A stretch of DNA of 64,000 nucleotides, from NCBI RefSeq assembly GCF_009914755.1, contig NC_060928.1. The stretch is one strand, 5' to 3'. The translations under genes and the position numbers were made by a program. Positions within the stretch are counted from its first letter, which is position 1; every line of letters begins with the position of its first letter. The notes under the pieces are model-generated. The model saw only the letters and a list, made by a program, of their open reading frames with translations. It made no database searches and was not told where the DNA came from. Below are positions 27,701-40,769 of this stretch, in pieces. Source of the DNA: the human T2T-CHM13v2.0 reference genome, Homo sapiens.

Positions 27701-28348
27701 ATTCCCGGGAAAAAAAATTCCTACTGGATCATGGTGTATTATCTTTTTATTGTGCTGTTGGATTTGGTTTGTTAGTACTTGTAGACAAATTTTGAATCTA
27801 TTTTCAATAGGGATATTGTTCTATAGTTTCCTTTTTTTGTTATTTCCTTGCCTAACTTTGTTATCCGGACAATTCATTCTATGAGGTCTTCTTAGAATGA
27901 ATTATGGAGGTATACTTCCTCCTCAACTTTTGCAAAAGTTTTAAGAGGATTGCTACCCATTCCTTTTTATACATTTGATAGAATTTGGCTTTGAATCTCT
28001 GTGGTCCTGGTCTTTACTTTTTTTAGAAAATTTTGTAGTATTGATTTACTCTCACTATTCATTAATGCTCTACTCAGAATTTTTCTTTCTTTCTGGTTCG
28101 ATTTTGAGAGGTTGTTTTCCAGGAATTGACTCATTTCCTCATGATTTTCTAGTTTGTGAGCATACAGTTCACAGCATTTCACAGTAGCCTCTGATAATCT
28201 TTTGTATTTCTTTGTTATCAGTTGTACTGTCTTCTTTTTCATTTCTGATTATGTTTATTTGGATCTTCTTCTTCATTAGTCCAACTGGCAATTAATCAAT
28301 TTTCTTTATCTTTCTAAAAACCAACGTATTATTTTCTCTATCCATTGT

Positions 28349-28351
<3 letters not shown>

Positions 28352-28387
<36 letters not shown>
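28352..28387. repeat. (GT)18 microsatellite
   Basis: Uninterrupted GT dinucleotide run. Confidence 0.97.
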
Positions 28388-28388
<1 letters not shown>

Positions 28389-29668
28389 TCTATTTCATTT
28401 AGTTCTGCCCTGATCTTTGTTATATCTTTTCTTTAGCCAGCTTTGGGTTTAGTTTTTCCTCGTTCTTTGAATTGTGATGTGAAGTTGTTAATTTGTAATA
28501 TTCCTTTTTTTATGTGGGCATTTAACAATGTAAACCTCCCCCCAGCATTGTTTTTGCTGTATCAAAAAAAGGTTTTTGTATGTCGTGTTTTGATCTTCAT
28601 TCATTTCAAAATTTAAATTTTTTATCTTACTTTTGTTGCTTTAAAGATTGTTCCGCATCATGTTGTTTAATTTTCAAGTTTTTGAACAGCTTCAATAGTT
28701 CCTTTTGGTGTTAATATCTAGTTTTATTCTGTGGTCTGAGAAGATACTTGATATAATTTTATTTTAAAAAATTTATTGAGACTTGTTTTGTGGCCTAACA
28801 TAAGCTGTATCTTGGAGAATGTCCCATGTCCTGATGGGAAGAATATATATTCTGTGGTTGTTGGATAGAATGTTCTGTTAATGTCTGTTAGGTCCATTTA
28901 TTCTAAAGTCTGGCTTAATTCCAGTTTTTCTTTGTTTATTTTCTGTTTCAATGTTATATCTAGTGCTGTGAGATAGGAATCAAAGCCCGCATTATTATTG
29001 TATGGCTATTCATATTTTCCTTTAGCTCTAGTAATATTTGCTTTATGAATCTGGGTGCTCTGATGTTGGGTGCATATATTAGAATATTTAGAATTGTTAT
29101 ATTCTCTTGTCATATTGATCCATTTATCATTACAAAATGATCTTCTTTGTCTTTTTTATTGTCATTGATTTGATATCTTTATCCGATGTAAGTACATACT
29201 CCAGCTTGCTTCTGTTTTTCATTTGTGTGAAATATCTTTTCTCACCCCTTTACCTGCAATAAGCATTGCAGGTAAAAATGCATTCAATAAGCATTTTTAC
29301 CAGATAAATGAGTTTCTTGTAAGCAGAATATAATGACTTAATGTTTTAAAAATTCATTCCACCAAATTGTATCTTTTATGTAAACCATTTAGTACATTTA
29401 TATCCAAGGTTAATATTAACATATGAGGTTTTATTTCTGTTATAATGTTGATTTTTGTCTAGTTGTTTTGTGAATTTTTTTTATCTTTTGTCCTCTGTTT
29501 ATCTTTGTTGTTTGGTGAAATTCTGTCATATTTCCATTGAGATTTTTTCTCTTCCTCCTTTGTGTAATTGTTTCATGAGATCTGTGTGTTTCTTACTTTT
29601 ATGTGTTATTATGATAGTGAATACCAATTTTCATTTTCAAGTTTAGAATTCTTTTGAGCATTTTTTCT

Positions 29669-29880
29669 CCTCCCAAGTTCAAGCGATTATCCTGCCTCAG
29701 CCTCCGGAGTAGCTGGGACTACAGGCATATGCCACTACGCCCGGCTAATTTTTTGTATTTTTAGTAGAGACGGGGTTTCACCGTTTTAGCCGGGATGGTC
29801 TCGATCTCCTGACCTCGTGATCCGCCCGCCTCGGCCTCCCAAAGTGCTGGGATTACAGGCGTGAGCCACCGCGCCCGGCC
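29669..29880 (-). mobile_element. Chimeric, 3'-truncated Alu: AluYa5 5' 150 bp plus older AluS right-arm piece
   Basis: 29731-29880 carries Ya5 diagnostics (sense ATCCCGGCTAAAACGG, GCGTAGTGGC) with all CpGs intact. 29669-29730 has AluS-type 'aatcgcttgaac' and CpG decay. No tail. Confidence 0.9.
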
Positions 29881-32800
29881 AGTTTTGTTTTTTTTAATAG
29901 GATCCCAATTGCTTCTGGCTTGTAAGATTTCTGCTAAGAAGTGTACTGTTGGTCTGATGAGGTTTCTTCAATAGGTGACTTGGCACTTTTGCCGATTTTG
30001 GATTTTTTTTTTCCTTCATATTGACTTCAGACAGTCTTATGACTATATGCCATGGTGTAGTCTGTCCCGCAATGTATTGACTGGATGTCTAAAGGTTTTG
30101 CTAGACTAGGAAATTTTTCTATTGTTTTCTTAAATAGATTTTCTAGAATTTTACTTTTTCTCTTTCCTTAAAAAAAACTGATGATTTGTGCGTTCAATTT
30201 ATTTGATACTTTACTTCTTGAAAGATTTGTTCATGCTTTATTATTGTTTTCTTTATTTTTATATGATTGATTAAATCAAAAGACCCATCTTCAGGTTCTG
30301 AGATTCATTCTTTTGTGTGGTATAGTCTATTTTTGAAGCTTACAAATGTTTGTTGTAATTCCCTCAATGCATTTATTTCCAGAAGTTCTGTTTTGTTTTT
30401 GTTTTTAAATATATTTATCTTCCTGGTGAATTTCTTATTCATATCTTCAATCATTTTCTGATTTATGTGTATAGGTTTTAGATTTCTCTTGCATCTCATC
30501 GAGCTTCTTTAAAATCAATATTTCAAATACTTTATGTGAAATATTGGAAACTTTTTTTTTGGTTTATTTTTTGGTAAGGATTCATTGCTAGAGAATTACT
30601 TTGTTTCGGGGAGGAGGATGTCATAACACCTTGCTTTTTCACACTTCCAGTATTTTTACACTGATTTATTCCCATCTGAAGAAACTTGATGTTTTTTACT
30701 TTTGAATTTACTTTCCTTGGGGCAGGAATTTTTTTGCTTTAGAATGTGATTATGATGTATATTGAGTAGGACCGTTTGGCTTTGCTTCTGGGTGCATTCA
30801 GTGGCAAAGACTGTATGATTCCATTGGTCATAAATAGCCTTAGTGTGGTGGCTTTCTCAAATGTCAGTTGTAGCAGTATGCTGGGTCAGTAAGCAGGCTC
30901 ATGACCTCTTGAGAAACTGGGGTGGCATGGGTGATAGTGGTAGCAGAGATTGTGAGAAGCTTCTCTGCAAGTGCTGTGCATTTGTGTCAGCAGTCATTGT
31001 AATGAGCTATGCAAATCAACCTCCAGACCAGTAGGTGGCACTTACAAGTGAGAGCCAGCTGCAGTGGTGGCAGTAGGGTTTATTCTTAGCCTTTGTTCAC
31101 TAGAGTTTAACTAGGGGAGTTACTTGGGTGTCCCAGGTGATGGGTTGGACAATGGAATGCTCAGTGGTCCTGGTTCTGTGCTCTGCCTCTGAGGAGGGGG
31201 CAGAAGTGACCCAGGCAGGGTTGGGCCAGGCAATCCTGCACTTGGACCCCACAATGATGGGCACAAAGGCTGGACCTGACTGGAGTCAGGGAGCAGTCCT
31301 CAGGCCTTGGGAGAAATGTCCCTGCAATGAGTGAAGTAACTGCATCTGTGCTTAAGTCACAGTACTAGGAAAGAGGGGCAGTCCTAGCTCCACAGCCAGG
31401 AGAGGCAGGAGTAAGTAGGAGTGAGATCTGCTCGGCTCTTATGCTCAAACTTTGCAGGAGTCCCTCATGGGATAACTCTGGCAGCTTTTTGGGACTGTTA
31501 GACAAGTCACATGCAGAGTGCCTTCAATCTGTTAAAACTTCCTCAAGCTGCAGAACTTGCCAGCTGGGTCAAAACCATGCCTCTAAGACAAATCCCCTCA
31601 TGATCTGGTCCTATGAATGAGGGTTGCTAAACTCTAACACTCATGACTGGAGACAAAACCACACTCAACTCTGAGTTCTGACCATAGGTTCCCTCCTCTG
31701 CCTGAGACCAGAATGCCAATCCCTGGTCTGACACTTTCTAAACCAGTGGCTGTTACCTCCACTGGCTGGCAGGTTTCCATACAGCCTGCTGTGAGCTAGC
31801 ATCAGAAATGGCTTCTTTCTATTTGTCTCCAGGAATGAAAACATTAATGGAACACTTCCCAGTGTCATTCTTTCTCACAGTCTCCTGGCTCCTTCCCATG
31901 TTAGATCCAAGGCTTGGGATGGTCAAGAGGCTCCCCTGTGGTCTGGCTTGCATGATTCCTCAGTGGGAATGTGTATCACAGAGACACTACCCTCACCCCA
32001 AAAAACACACACTTGAGATTCACTAATTTTCAGCTGGACAAAGTAAATGTGGGTTGCTGTCTGCATTCTTTTTCTCAATATCTGAAGTTTTCCTTGCTTT
32101 TCTGTTGAACTCCCACATTCTTTCTTGAGTGAAAATTCACAACATTAATCTGTACACACTATTTTGCCATTTCCAAGTGGTTAAGTTATGCTGGCAAAAC
32201 CTTTATTCAACAATCTTGGAAGGAAAAAAAGCACAAACTATACTTTTTTTATATTTAAGACTCATCTAGTTTTTCATTAGTTCCTACCAAATTTACTTTA
32301 ATCACAAAATAATATTAAACTGTATGGATATACCGCAGGTTTATCCATTCACCTATTGAAGGACATTTTGTTTGCTTTTAGTTTTGTGTGATTATGTATA
32401 AAGCTACTATAAACGTATATGTGCAAGTTTTTATGTAGACAAAAGTATTCATTTCACTTAGTTACATATCTAGAAGTCCAATTGCTAGACTGTTAGTTAG
32501 CATTATAAGATCTGCTAAACTGTTATTGAAGGGGCTGTACCATTTTGCATTCTCATCGGGAATGAACGAGATTTCCTGTTGCTTTTCATCCTGTTTGGTA
32601 TTGTCAGTTTTTTTGGTGTGTGTTTGCTTTTCTTTCTTTTTTTTTTTTTTTGCCATTCTAATGTGCTGTTATACTATTTGAATTTGCAATTCTCTAATGA
32701 CAAATGATGTTGACCATCTTCTCACATGTTTATTTTCCATCTTTACATCCAAGGTATTTGTTCAGATTTTTTTTCTTTTTAAAATGAATTTTTTTTGTAT

Positions 32801-34025
32801 TGTTGAGTTTTGAGAGTTCTTTGTATATTTGAACACAAGTTTTTCATTATAGGTGTTTTCCAATTATTTTCTAACAGTTGGTGGTCTGTATTTTCATTTT
32901 CTTAATAGTATCTTTTGCAGAATAGAAATTTTTAATTTTAACCAAGTTCAGCTTATCAGCTTTTCCTTCATAGATCATGAGTTTATTGTTTTATTTTAAA
33001 AATTTCCAAACTGAAGATCTCCTAGTTTTTCTTCTAGACGTTTTATAATTGTGCTTCTATATTTAAGATCTATGATACATTTTGAGTTAATTTTTATGAA
33101 AGAACTAGTGCCTGCTTGTAGGTTCATTTCTGTGCATAGGAATTTCTAATCTTTGGAATATTATTAGTTAAAAAGTATTTCTTCTACATTGAATTAATTC
33201 ACTCCTTTGTCAGTGATCAGTTGGCTATATTTGCATGGGTCTATTTCTGGACTCTATTCTATTCTGTTAATCTATGTATCTTTTCTTTTGGCAATACTAC
33301 AAGGTCTTCATTAGCTCTATTAAAATAGATCTTGATATTGCTACTGTATGTTCTTAAATTTTTTCTTCTTCTGTACTATTTTGTTGGTAATTTTAAGTCT
33401 TTTGCTTATCGCTATAAAGTTTAGAATCAGGTGGGTAATATCTAAAACAGCTTTCTGTGATTTTGAATGGGATCTATAAAGTTGTGAAGAATTGACAGCT
33501 TTACAATATTGAATTCTCCAATTCATAAACGTAACATATTTATTTATTTATCTCTTCTGTAACTTTTTCATCAGAGTTCTGTAGTTTTCTGCGTATAAGC
33601 TGTGAATGTATTTTGCTAAATTTATACTTATGTATTTCCTTTTATGGTACTATTATAAATGGTATCTTTTTTATAATTTCACATTCCAATTTTTCATTGT
33701 TAGTATATAGGAAAGCAATTGAGTTTGTATATTGTCTTTGTATCTTGTGATATTTTCATATTCACTTTAATTCCAGGAAATTTTTCTTTTTGTAGGATCT
33801 TTAAAATTTTCTACAAAGATAATCATGTCATCATGTCACTAAAAAATCATTATTATTACCTTCTTGACTGCATAGCTTTTATTTTCCTTGTCTAATTGCA
33901 GTAGCTAGGACTTCCAATCTAGTGTTGAATAGATGTGCTGAGAGAAGACATCCTTACTTTGTTTCTTATCTTATGGGGAAAGCATCTAATTCTGTGTGTT
34001 ATGGATTACAGGTTTTTTGGCAGAT

Positions 34026-34171
34026 GTTCTTTATCAAGTTGGTAATGTTAATCTATATTCCCAATTTGCTGTGTATTTTTTATTGCAAATTAATGTTGCG
34101 TTCTTTATCAAGGTGGTAATATTCATCTATATTCTCAATTTGCTGTGAATTATTTTAATTGTAAATTAATT
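34026..34171. repeat. Old ~74-bp tandem duplication within L1
   Basis: 'gttctttatcaag(t/g)tggtaat...aatttgctgtg...aaattaat' starts at 34026 and again at 34100. Confidence 0.85.
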
Positions 34172-35521
34172 GGGTTTTTTGAAGAAGTTCTTCCTCCGTC
34201 AAATAACATGATCACATGATTTTTCTTCTTCAGCTTGTTGACATGTTGAGTCACATTGTTTGATTTTCAGTGATGAATAAATCTTAAATAGCTGAAACAA
34301 ATCACACTTGTTTGTCATAAATAATTCTTTTCATATATTGTGGTTTCAATTGGGTACTATTTTTTGGGACATTTGAGTCTACATGCATGGAAGATATTAG
34401 TATGTAGTTTCCTTCTTTTTAATAAATTCATTACACTTTAGCAATATATAATATTGGCCCTATATAATGAGTTAGAAAACATGTTTCCTGTGTCTGTTGC
34501 CTGGAAGAGGTTGAGAAGAATTGATTTTTTTTTCTTAAATAACTGCTAAAATTTTCCAGTAAAACAATATGGGCTGCTTTATATTTTTGTAAGGTTGTTA
34601 ATTAGTGATACAATGTAGTTGATACTTATAGAACTATTTTCTACTTCTCCTTGTAGGAGTTTTAATACTTTATATCTTTCAATAAATTGGTAAATATCAT
34701 CTAACATCAAATTTGTGGGAATAGCCCTGTTCAATGAACACCTGGACTATCCTTTAATGATGTCTACATCAATGGTAATGATTACTTTTTTATTTCTGAT
34801 ATTGATAATGTATGATCACTTTCTGTTAGCTTTACTAATGGTTTATCAATTTGATTGATATTTTAAAGTTTTCAGCTTTTTATTTTACTGATAATCTCCA
34901 TTTTTTTCCTATTTTCAATATTATTGACTTTTGTTCTAATTATTATGTTTTATTAATTTAGTTGTGTTAGAACTAAATCACTCTTTTCCTAATTTCCTAA
35001 GGCAGAAGCTTAGGCTATTGATTTTTGATCTCTCCTTTTTCCTAATATGTCTTTAATGTTATAAATCTCTCTTTAATTATTGCTTTTGGTATATCTCATA
35101 CATTTTTATAAGTTGTAATTTCATTTATATTTAGTTCTAAATATTTTTAAATTTCTCTTGAGATTTCTTTATTGTCATATATGCTATTTGAAAATATTTT
35201 GTACATGCTGTAAATAGTTGGGGATTTCTTAGCTATCGTTTAGATATAGATTTATAGTTTAATTCCATTATGGTCTAAGAACATGCATTGTATGATTTCT
35301 AAACATTTAAATTATAAAGGTATGTTTTATTTCCCAGAAGGTGGACTCTCTATGCAAATAAGACACAGGAATTTAAGAAGAACAGTCTGTTTTTTAATGG
35401 GATGTGCTGTGAATGTCAATTAGATTGAGTTGATTGATATTGTTCTTGATGTCAAATATGTCTTTACTAATTTTCCGTCTGCTTGTTCTGTCAATTAATG
35501 ATAAAAGTATACTTGAGTCTC

Positions 35522-36374
35522 TGTCTTAGTCTTTTCAGACTGCTGTGATAAAATACTATATACTGGGTAGCTTATAAACAAAGAAGTCTGTTTTTCACAG
35601 TTCTGAATGCTGAGAAGCTCAAGATCAAGATACTGGCAGTTTTGGTGTCTGATGAGTTTCTACTTTCGGATTCTTAGATAGCATCTCATCACTGTTTCTT
35701 TGCATGATGAAAGGGATAAGAAGGTTTTGTTTGGGCCTCTTTTATAAGAGGCCTTTATGAGACTTTTACCCTCATGACCTGTTATGGTTAATAGTGAGTG
35801 TCAACTTGACTGGATTGAAGGATGCAAAGCATTGATCTTGGGTGTGTCTGAAGGTGTTGCCAAAGGAGATTAACATTTGAGTCAGTGGGTTGGGAAAGGC
35901 AGACTTACCCTTAATCTGCGGGGGCACCATCGAATCAGTTGCCAGTGTGGCTAGACTATAAAGCAAGCAGAAACAAAATGTGAAAAGACTAGACTGGACT
36001 AGCCTCCCAGCCACCCCCTACATCTTTCTCCCATGCTGGATGCTTCCTGTCCTGGAACATGAAACTCCAAGTTCTTCAGTTATGGGACTCAGACTGGCTC
36101 TCCTTGCTCCTCAGCTTTCAGATGGCCTATTATGGGACCTTGTGATTGTGATCATGCCACTGTAACCCACCCTGGGCAACAAAGTAAGAACAAGTCTCAA
36201 AAGGAACTGAAAAGTAGTGTGGCCGTATTTTTCTTTTTTCCTTTTGCATTTACTGTGCTGCCAGTAAATTCATTTATCCGCAAAGTCATTAAGGGAGTTA
36301 ATATCTAATAAACTCCTCCTTTTATGTCTAAAAACTTCCCTTTTTATATATGTGTTTATCTATATATATATGTT

Positions 36375-36406
<32 letters not shown>

Positions 36407-36650
36407 CAGAGAGAGAGTCAGGGTTCTCTAGAGGGAGAGAACTAATAAGCTATATATAATGTGTGTATATATATAAACTCCCATATATATATGTATACAC
36501 ACATACATATATGTATATATATGTATGTGTGTATACATATATATGTATACACACATATATATAGCTTACTAGTTCTCTCCCTCTAGAGAACCCTAATACA
36601 TGACCTTATCACTGTCCCAAAGGCCCCACCTCCTAATATTATCGTCTTTC
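35522..36650 (-). mobile_element. MLT1A-type MaLR LTR, split by MLT2A2
   Basis: 'tgtcttagtc...tcacagttctg...aagatcaaga...ccctcatgacc' resumes at 36601 as 'tgaccttatcactgtcccaaaggccccacctcctaata'. Confidence 0.85.
35780..36600 (+). mobile_element. MLT2A2-type (HERV-L) solo LTR with internal foreign insertion and inverted duplication
   Basis: TG...CA termini ('tgttatggttaat...ccctaataca'), perfect 5-bp TSD TGACC (35775-35779, 36601-36605) and an MLT2A body. Confidence 0.93.
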
Positions 36651-39062
36651 ATATACCTTTAGAATTATTATGTTTTCTTGGAGAATTGGTCCCTTTAGCA
36701 CTATGCAATGCCGCTCTAACACTTGGAATTTTATTGCACTATAGTTTTCTTTGTTGGAAATTAAATAGTTACACTAGCTTTCTTTTATTACTGTTAGCAT
36801 GATGTAACTCTCCATTTATATACTTTTAATCTATGTATATATCTATAGTTAACTGAATTTTTTAATAGACATTGTGTATTATTTTTTCTGTATCCTACCA
36901 TTTTTTCTTTTAATTACAATATCCAGACCACTCACATTTAAAATGATTGTCGATATAGTTGTATTAATATCTACCACATTTATAACTGTTTTCTATTTAT
37001 TTTATATGTTTATTATATATTCATAGTTATTTAAAATTCCTTGTTTGACAATTCCAACATCTATATCAGCTTTAGTTCTTGTTATTATGAATGCTTTGTC
37101 TCTTCAAAATATGTTTTTTCTTGCCGTTTGGCAGGCCTTATAACTTTTTGTTAAAGTCAGACATGATGTATCTGTCCTGTTAATAAGGATTACATTATAT
37201 GTGGCCTTTTGTGTGAAGATTTATGTTACTCCTGCTTGAAATAGGATTGTGTTTACTGTTTTCTATAGTTGTATGTACTAAGGATTAAAATTATTTTTCT
37301 TTTCTTTCTCTGTCTTCTACATGGTCTTTGGGCTTTTCTAATAATTGCTTTCAGGGAGAGTCTGAAACTTGCAGCTTTTTTGTTGTTGTTGTTAGCTATA
37401 ATCCACTGCTATTCCACTGAAACCTGTTGGTCTAGTGGTCTAGTTGTAGGAGAAAGAAAGTATTGTGTAATCTTATGATTAAATTCTGTCTGGTAGTGAG
37501 CTGATGTTTCTGGGCTGTGATTTTCACACATTTTTTAACTTTTTATCCCCCCTTAAGTGAGACAGGAAGGCAAGCAGTGTGATGTTTGAGCAGTTATCTT
37601 CTCCTAGATGGGATAACCCTATGTTAGCCTTTTCCCCTACAGATTAAATCTTTTTGTGGGTAAAACTTGAATTTATTTCATGATGATTATTCTTCCCTTC
37701 CCACCGCTAGAGCCAAGAGGGTATCCTTCTTGGCTCCTGACTGTGAGAGACTGATGGGGTTCCTGGAGAAAGTACCCACTTAACTGTAGCCTCAGAAGTT
37801 ACTCACTCTCCCTGTAGTTCACACTCAGTCTTCAGCATTCATTAAGATTACTTGTTCTGACTTGCTGACCCCAGCAGCCTCTGCTCCAGATGAATAGATC
37901 TTGGCAATGACTTTTGGATGCAACCTATCTCTCCATATTTCAAGATCTCAGTTTGCTCTGTGACCTCAGGTCTCTCTGATAACTTCAAGAAAAGTCATAA
38001 GGTTTCAGTTTGTTAAGATTTCTCAACTTGTCAGAACTGAAGTGATGACTTTCAGGCTCTTTAACTGTTGGAGCTAAAACTAGAAAAAGAACATTTCTTA
38101 AATGAAAAAGAACAGATTAAAATAGAAATGGATCACATTTAGTAAAAGTAAGAAATATTTTAAATTATATACAGAAATGTGCATGTGTGCAAGTATTTAA
38201 TGGGCAAAAATAGAATTGATCAAACTTTTTAAAAAGTTTAAAAAATATTGACCTAGAATACTGGTTTAATTTTGTTTTTCTCAACTAATGGGTATTCCAA
38301 TGCTGGTGTACCTCTGATTTGAACCAGGTTAATATAAAATATAGGAAAAAATTTATTTCAGGTTCCATATAAATCCCAGTCTACTGGCTGTAATGCAACA
38401 ATTTGCTCTTGTAACTAGAAATTTGCAGCACTCCTTAAGGAAATGTTTCTATAGATATTAATTTAGTTTTGACAGTGTTGATCACTAAACAGTTAATTAA
38501 CTAATTTAAAAACACTGGAGGAAAGGTTAGAGAAAAGCATTGGAAAAAATTTTAAAAAAAGACTGTAGGAAGAAATCCAGTACTTCAACTTATACTGATA
38601 CCGTCAAGCTTCTCAAGTGAGTTTTTCTTTTAAATCATTATGTCATTCTGTTCTCACTGGGGAATAGCTTATTCACACTGGTTAATTTTCCACATACTTA
38701 AAACTTCACTTTTTCTGTTAAAAAATATTTTTTACCCTAAATGTGTCTGATTAAAACACATGAGCATTTGGATTAGAAGAGTATGTGCAGATCATTTGTT
38801 AGTATCAATCACCTTATCTTGATATATGCAACACTGAGGCTCTTTCCTGTTTTGGGTACCAGCCTCTTCTAAGGCACTTGTTTTAAAAAAATGTCTCTTA
38901 GGTATATGGTCAAAGGTTTTTCCCATTACCAAAAACAGGAGTCCTGTCTTTGATGTCCAAACTAAAAAATGTACTACTAAAAAATGTAGCTGACTTTCCC
39001 AAAACTACAAATCCAAGGAAAATAGGTCCTGCAATTCCCATTTTTACAATGCACATAATCAT

Positions 39063-39453
39063 TGCTAAGGTTCAAATGCATTCCCCAAAGTTTATGTGTT
39101 TGAAACTTAATTCCAAATGCAACCGTGTTAAGAGGTGAGACCTTTCAAATTGGTTAAGTCACGGGAGTCCTTACCTCATGAATGAATTAATTCCATTATT
39201 TCAACAGTGGGTTCATTATCGTTGGAGTAGATTTGTAATAAAAAGATGAGTTCACCCCCCTTTTCTCTCTGTCTTCCTCATGTGATGTCTTCTGACATGT
39301 TATAGCACAGCAAGAAGGGCCATTTAAGATGCTAGCACCTTGATCATAGACTTTCTAGCTTCCAGATCCTTGAGAAAACAAATTATTATCCTTTATAAAT
39401 TATCCAGTCTTAGGTATTTTTTTTCTTATAGCAGCACAAGACAGACTAAGACA
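39063..39453 (+). mobile_element. MSTC/MSTD-type MaLR solo LTR
   Basis: 'tgctaaggttcaaatg...gcagcacaagacagactaagaca'; perfect 5-bp TSD ATCAT (39058-39062, 39454-39458). Confidence 0.9.
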
Positions 39454-40769
39454 ATCATTTCCATTTTCCCAAACAGTCTTATTAAGCCATTTCAACGATG
39501 ATGTAATTGAGTCTCATGGAAGTTAAGTAACTTAGATATAGATAAAATAAGTGCCTCAGTAGTAGAAAGCTAATAACATATATAGCAAATTCAAACTTAT
39601 ACCAAAGCTTATACCAAAATATAGAATGTTAACCACTGTCTTCATATCTACAATTTGCTTTGGAAATAAACTATTTTTTTTACTTAACTAACATTTTAAT
39701 ACAAATAAAATAGAAAAAGCTTATAATATGGAAAACAGTTGATTATCTAAGTACATTCAAAACTGTTATATACAAAAGCATATTAAAAAGTCACGTTTAC
39801 TTCAGAATTTGTAGAATAAAGAAAAAAACACAATGTATTTCAAGGAAGATTGAAGTATATAAAGATTTTCCTTAAGTAAATGCATGCTAAATACATTATT
39901 TAAAATTTCTATAGATTTGTATCTTTATCACTAAGTAAAGCTGCATTCCAATTTTACGGTAAAATACAAAATTAATTGTCAAAAATATATATGAAAAACT
40001 AGTAAACTGGACTTTGAAAACTTAGATCCCAGGCCAATGTGTAATACTAGTTTTTGTCACCGGCAAAAGAGCTTACCATGAATCCCTATTTCCTCTTTTT
40101 AAACTGAAGAGTGTTAAGTTTTATGACTTCATAAGCCCCTTTTAGTTCTAAAGTTGTACATCTGGTTTCACTCACACATGAATTCGTCAGAGATGGTAAA
40201 TCTTCTGTTTTATTTTTATTCACTCCATGTTTCTTGTACTTGTATGAAGGCTGACCATAATTGCTGCTAGATATCAAACACCTCATTATTAACAATGTGG
40301 TTGCCTATAGATTTTATTTTTTCAATTTCAAATGTCTGAAAAAAATGAGTTATTTTTACTGAGAAAAGTTCTTTAATCTAATATTTTTTTCTGATTGAGT
40401 TGATACATTTTCATTTTTCTCTTGTAGAAGTCTTATTTCTACTTTTCAATAAATAAATTTACAACTGCCAACAACTTTCTCAAAGTCACAGTTGATTTCA
40501 CAGATGATCATAAAAAGGCCAGAAAAAGCTAAAATAATGGAAAAAATGACTGCCTGATAGAACACTTTTGTTGCATGTATTCATGTATAACAATTCATGA
40601 TGAAAATATGAAAGAGACTACCACTGCATTCAAAAAGGAGAAGTTCAAAAAAAGTTAAGATTAAAAATTTTCTCAGCTATATTTCTGCATTTTTCTAGAC
40701 TTTTGATACTTTCATTTTAACTATGTGATTATTGATATACATGGCTTTTTGGCCACTATACAATGACAT

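Larger units (their letters stand above)
26987..32230 (-). mobile_element. L1PB/L1M1-type element with 5'UTR, ORF1 and part of ORF2; 3' ~2 kb missing
   Basis: Begins abruptly in ORF2 ('ggtcatttaactatattaagtcttctgatccatgagcatggg'); ORF1 coiled-coil remnant 30305-30499; GC-richer 5'UTR at 30.8-32.2 kb ending 'caatcttggaaggaaaaaaa'. Confidence 0.75.

Noticed and set aside
29731-29880. CpG island or promoter
   Set aside because: The CpG density is entirely explained by young AluYa5 sequence.
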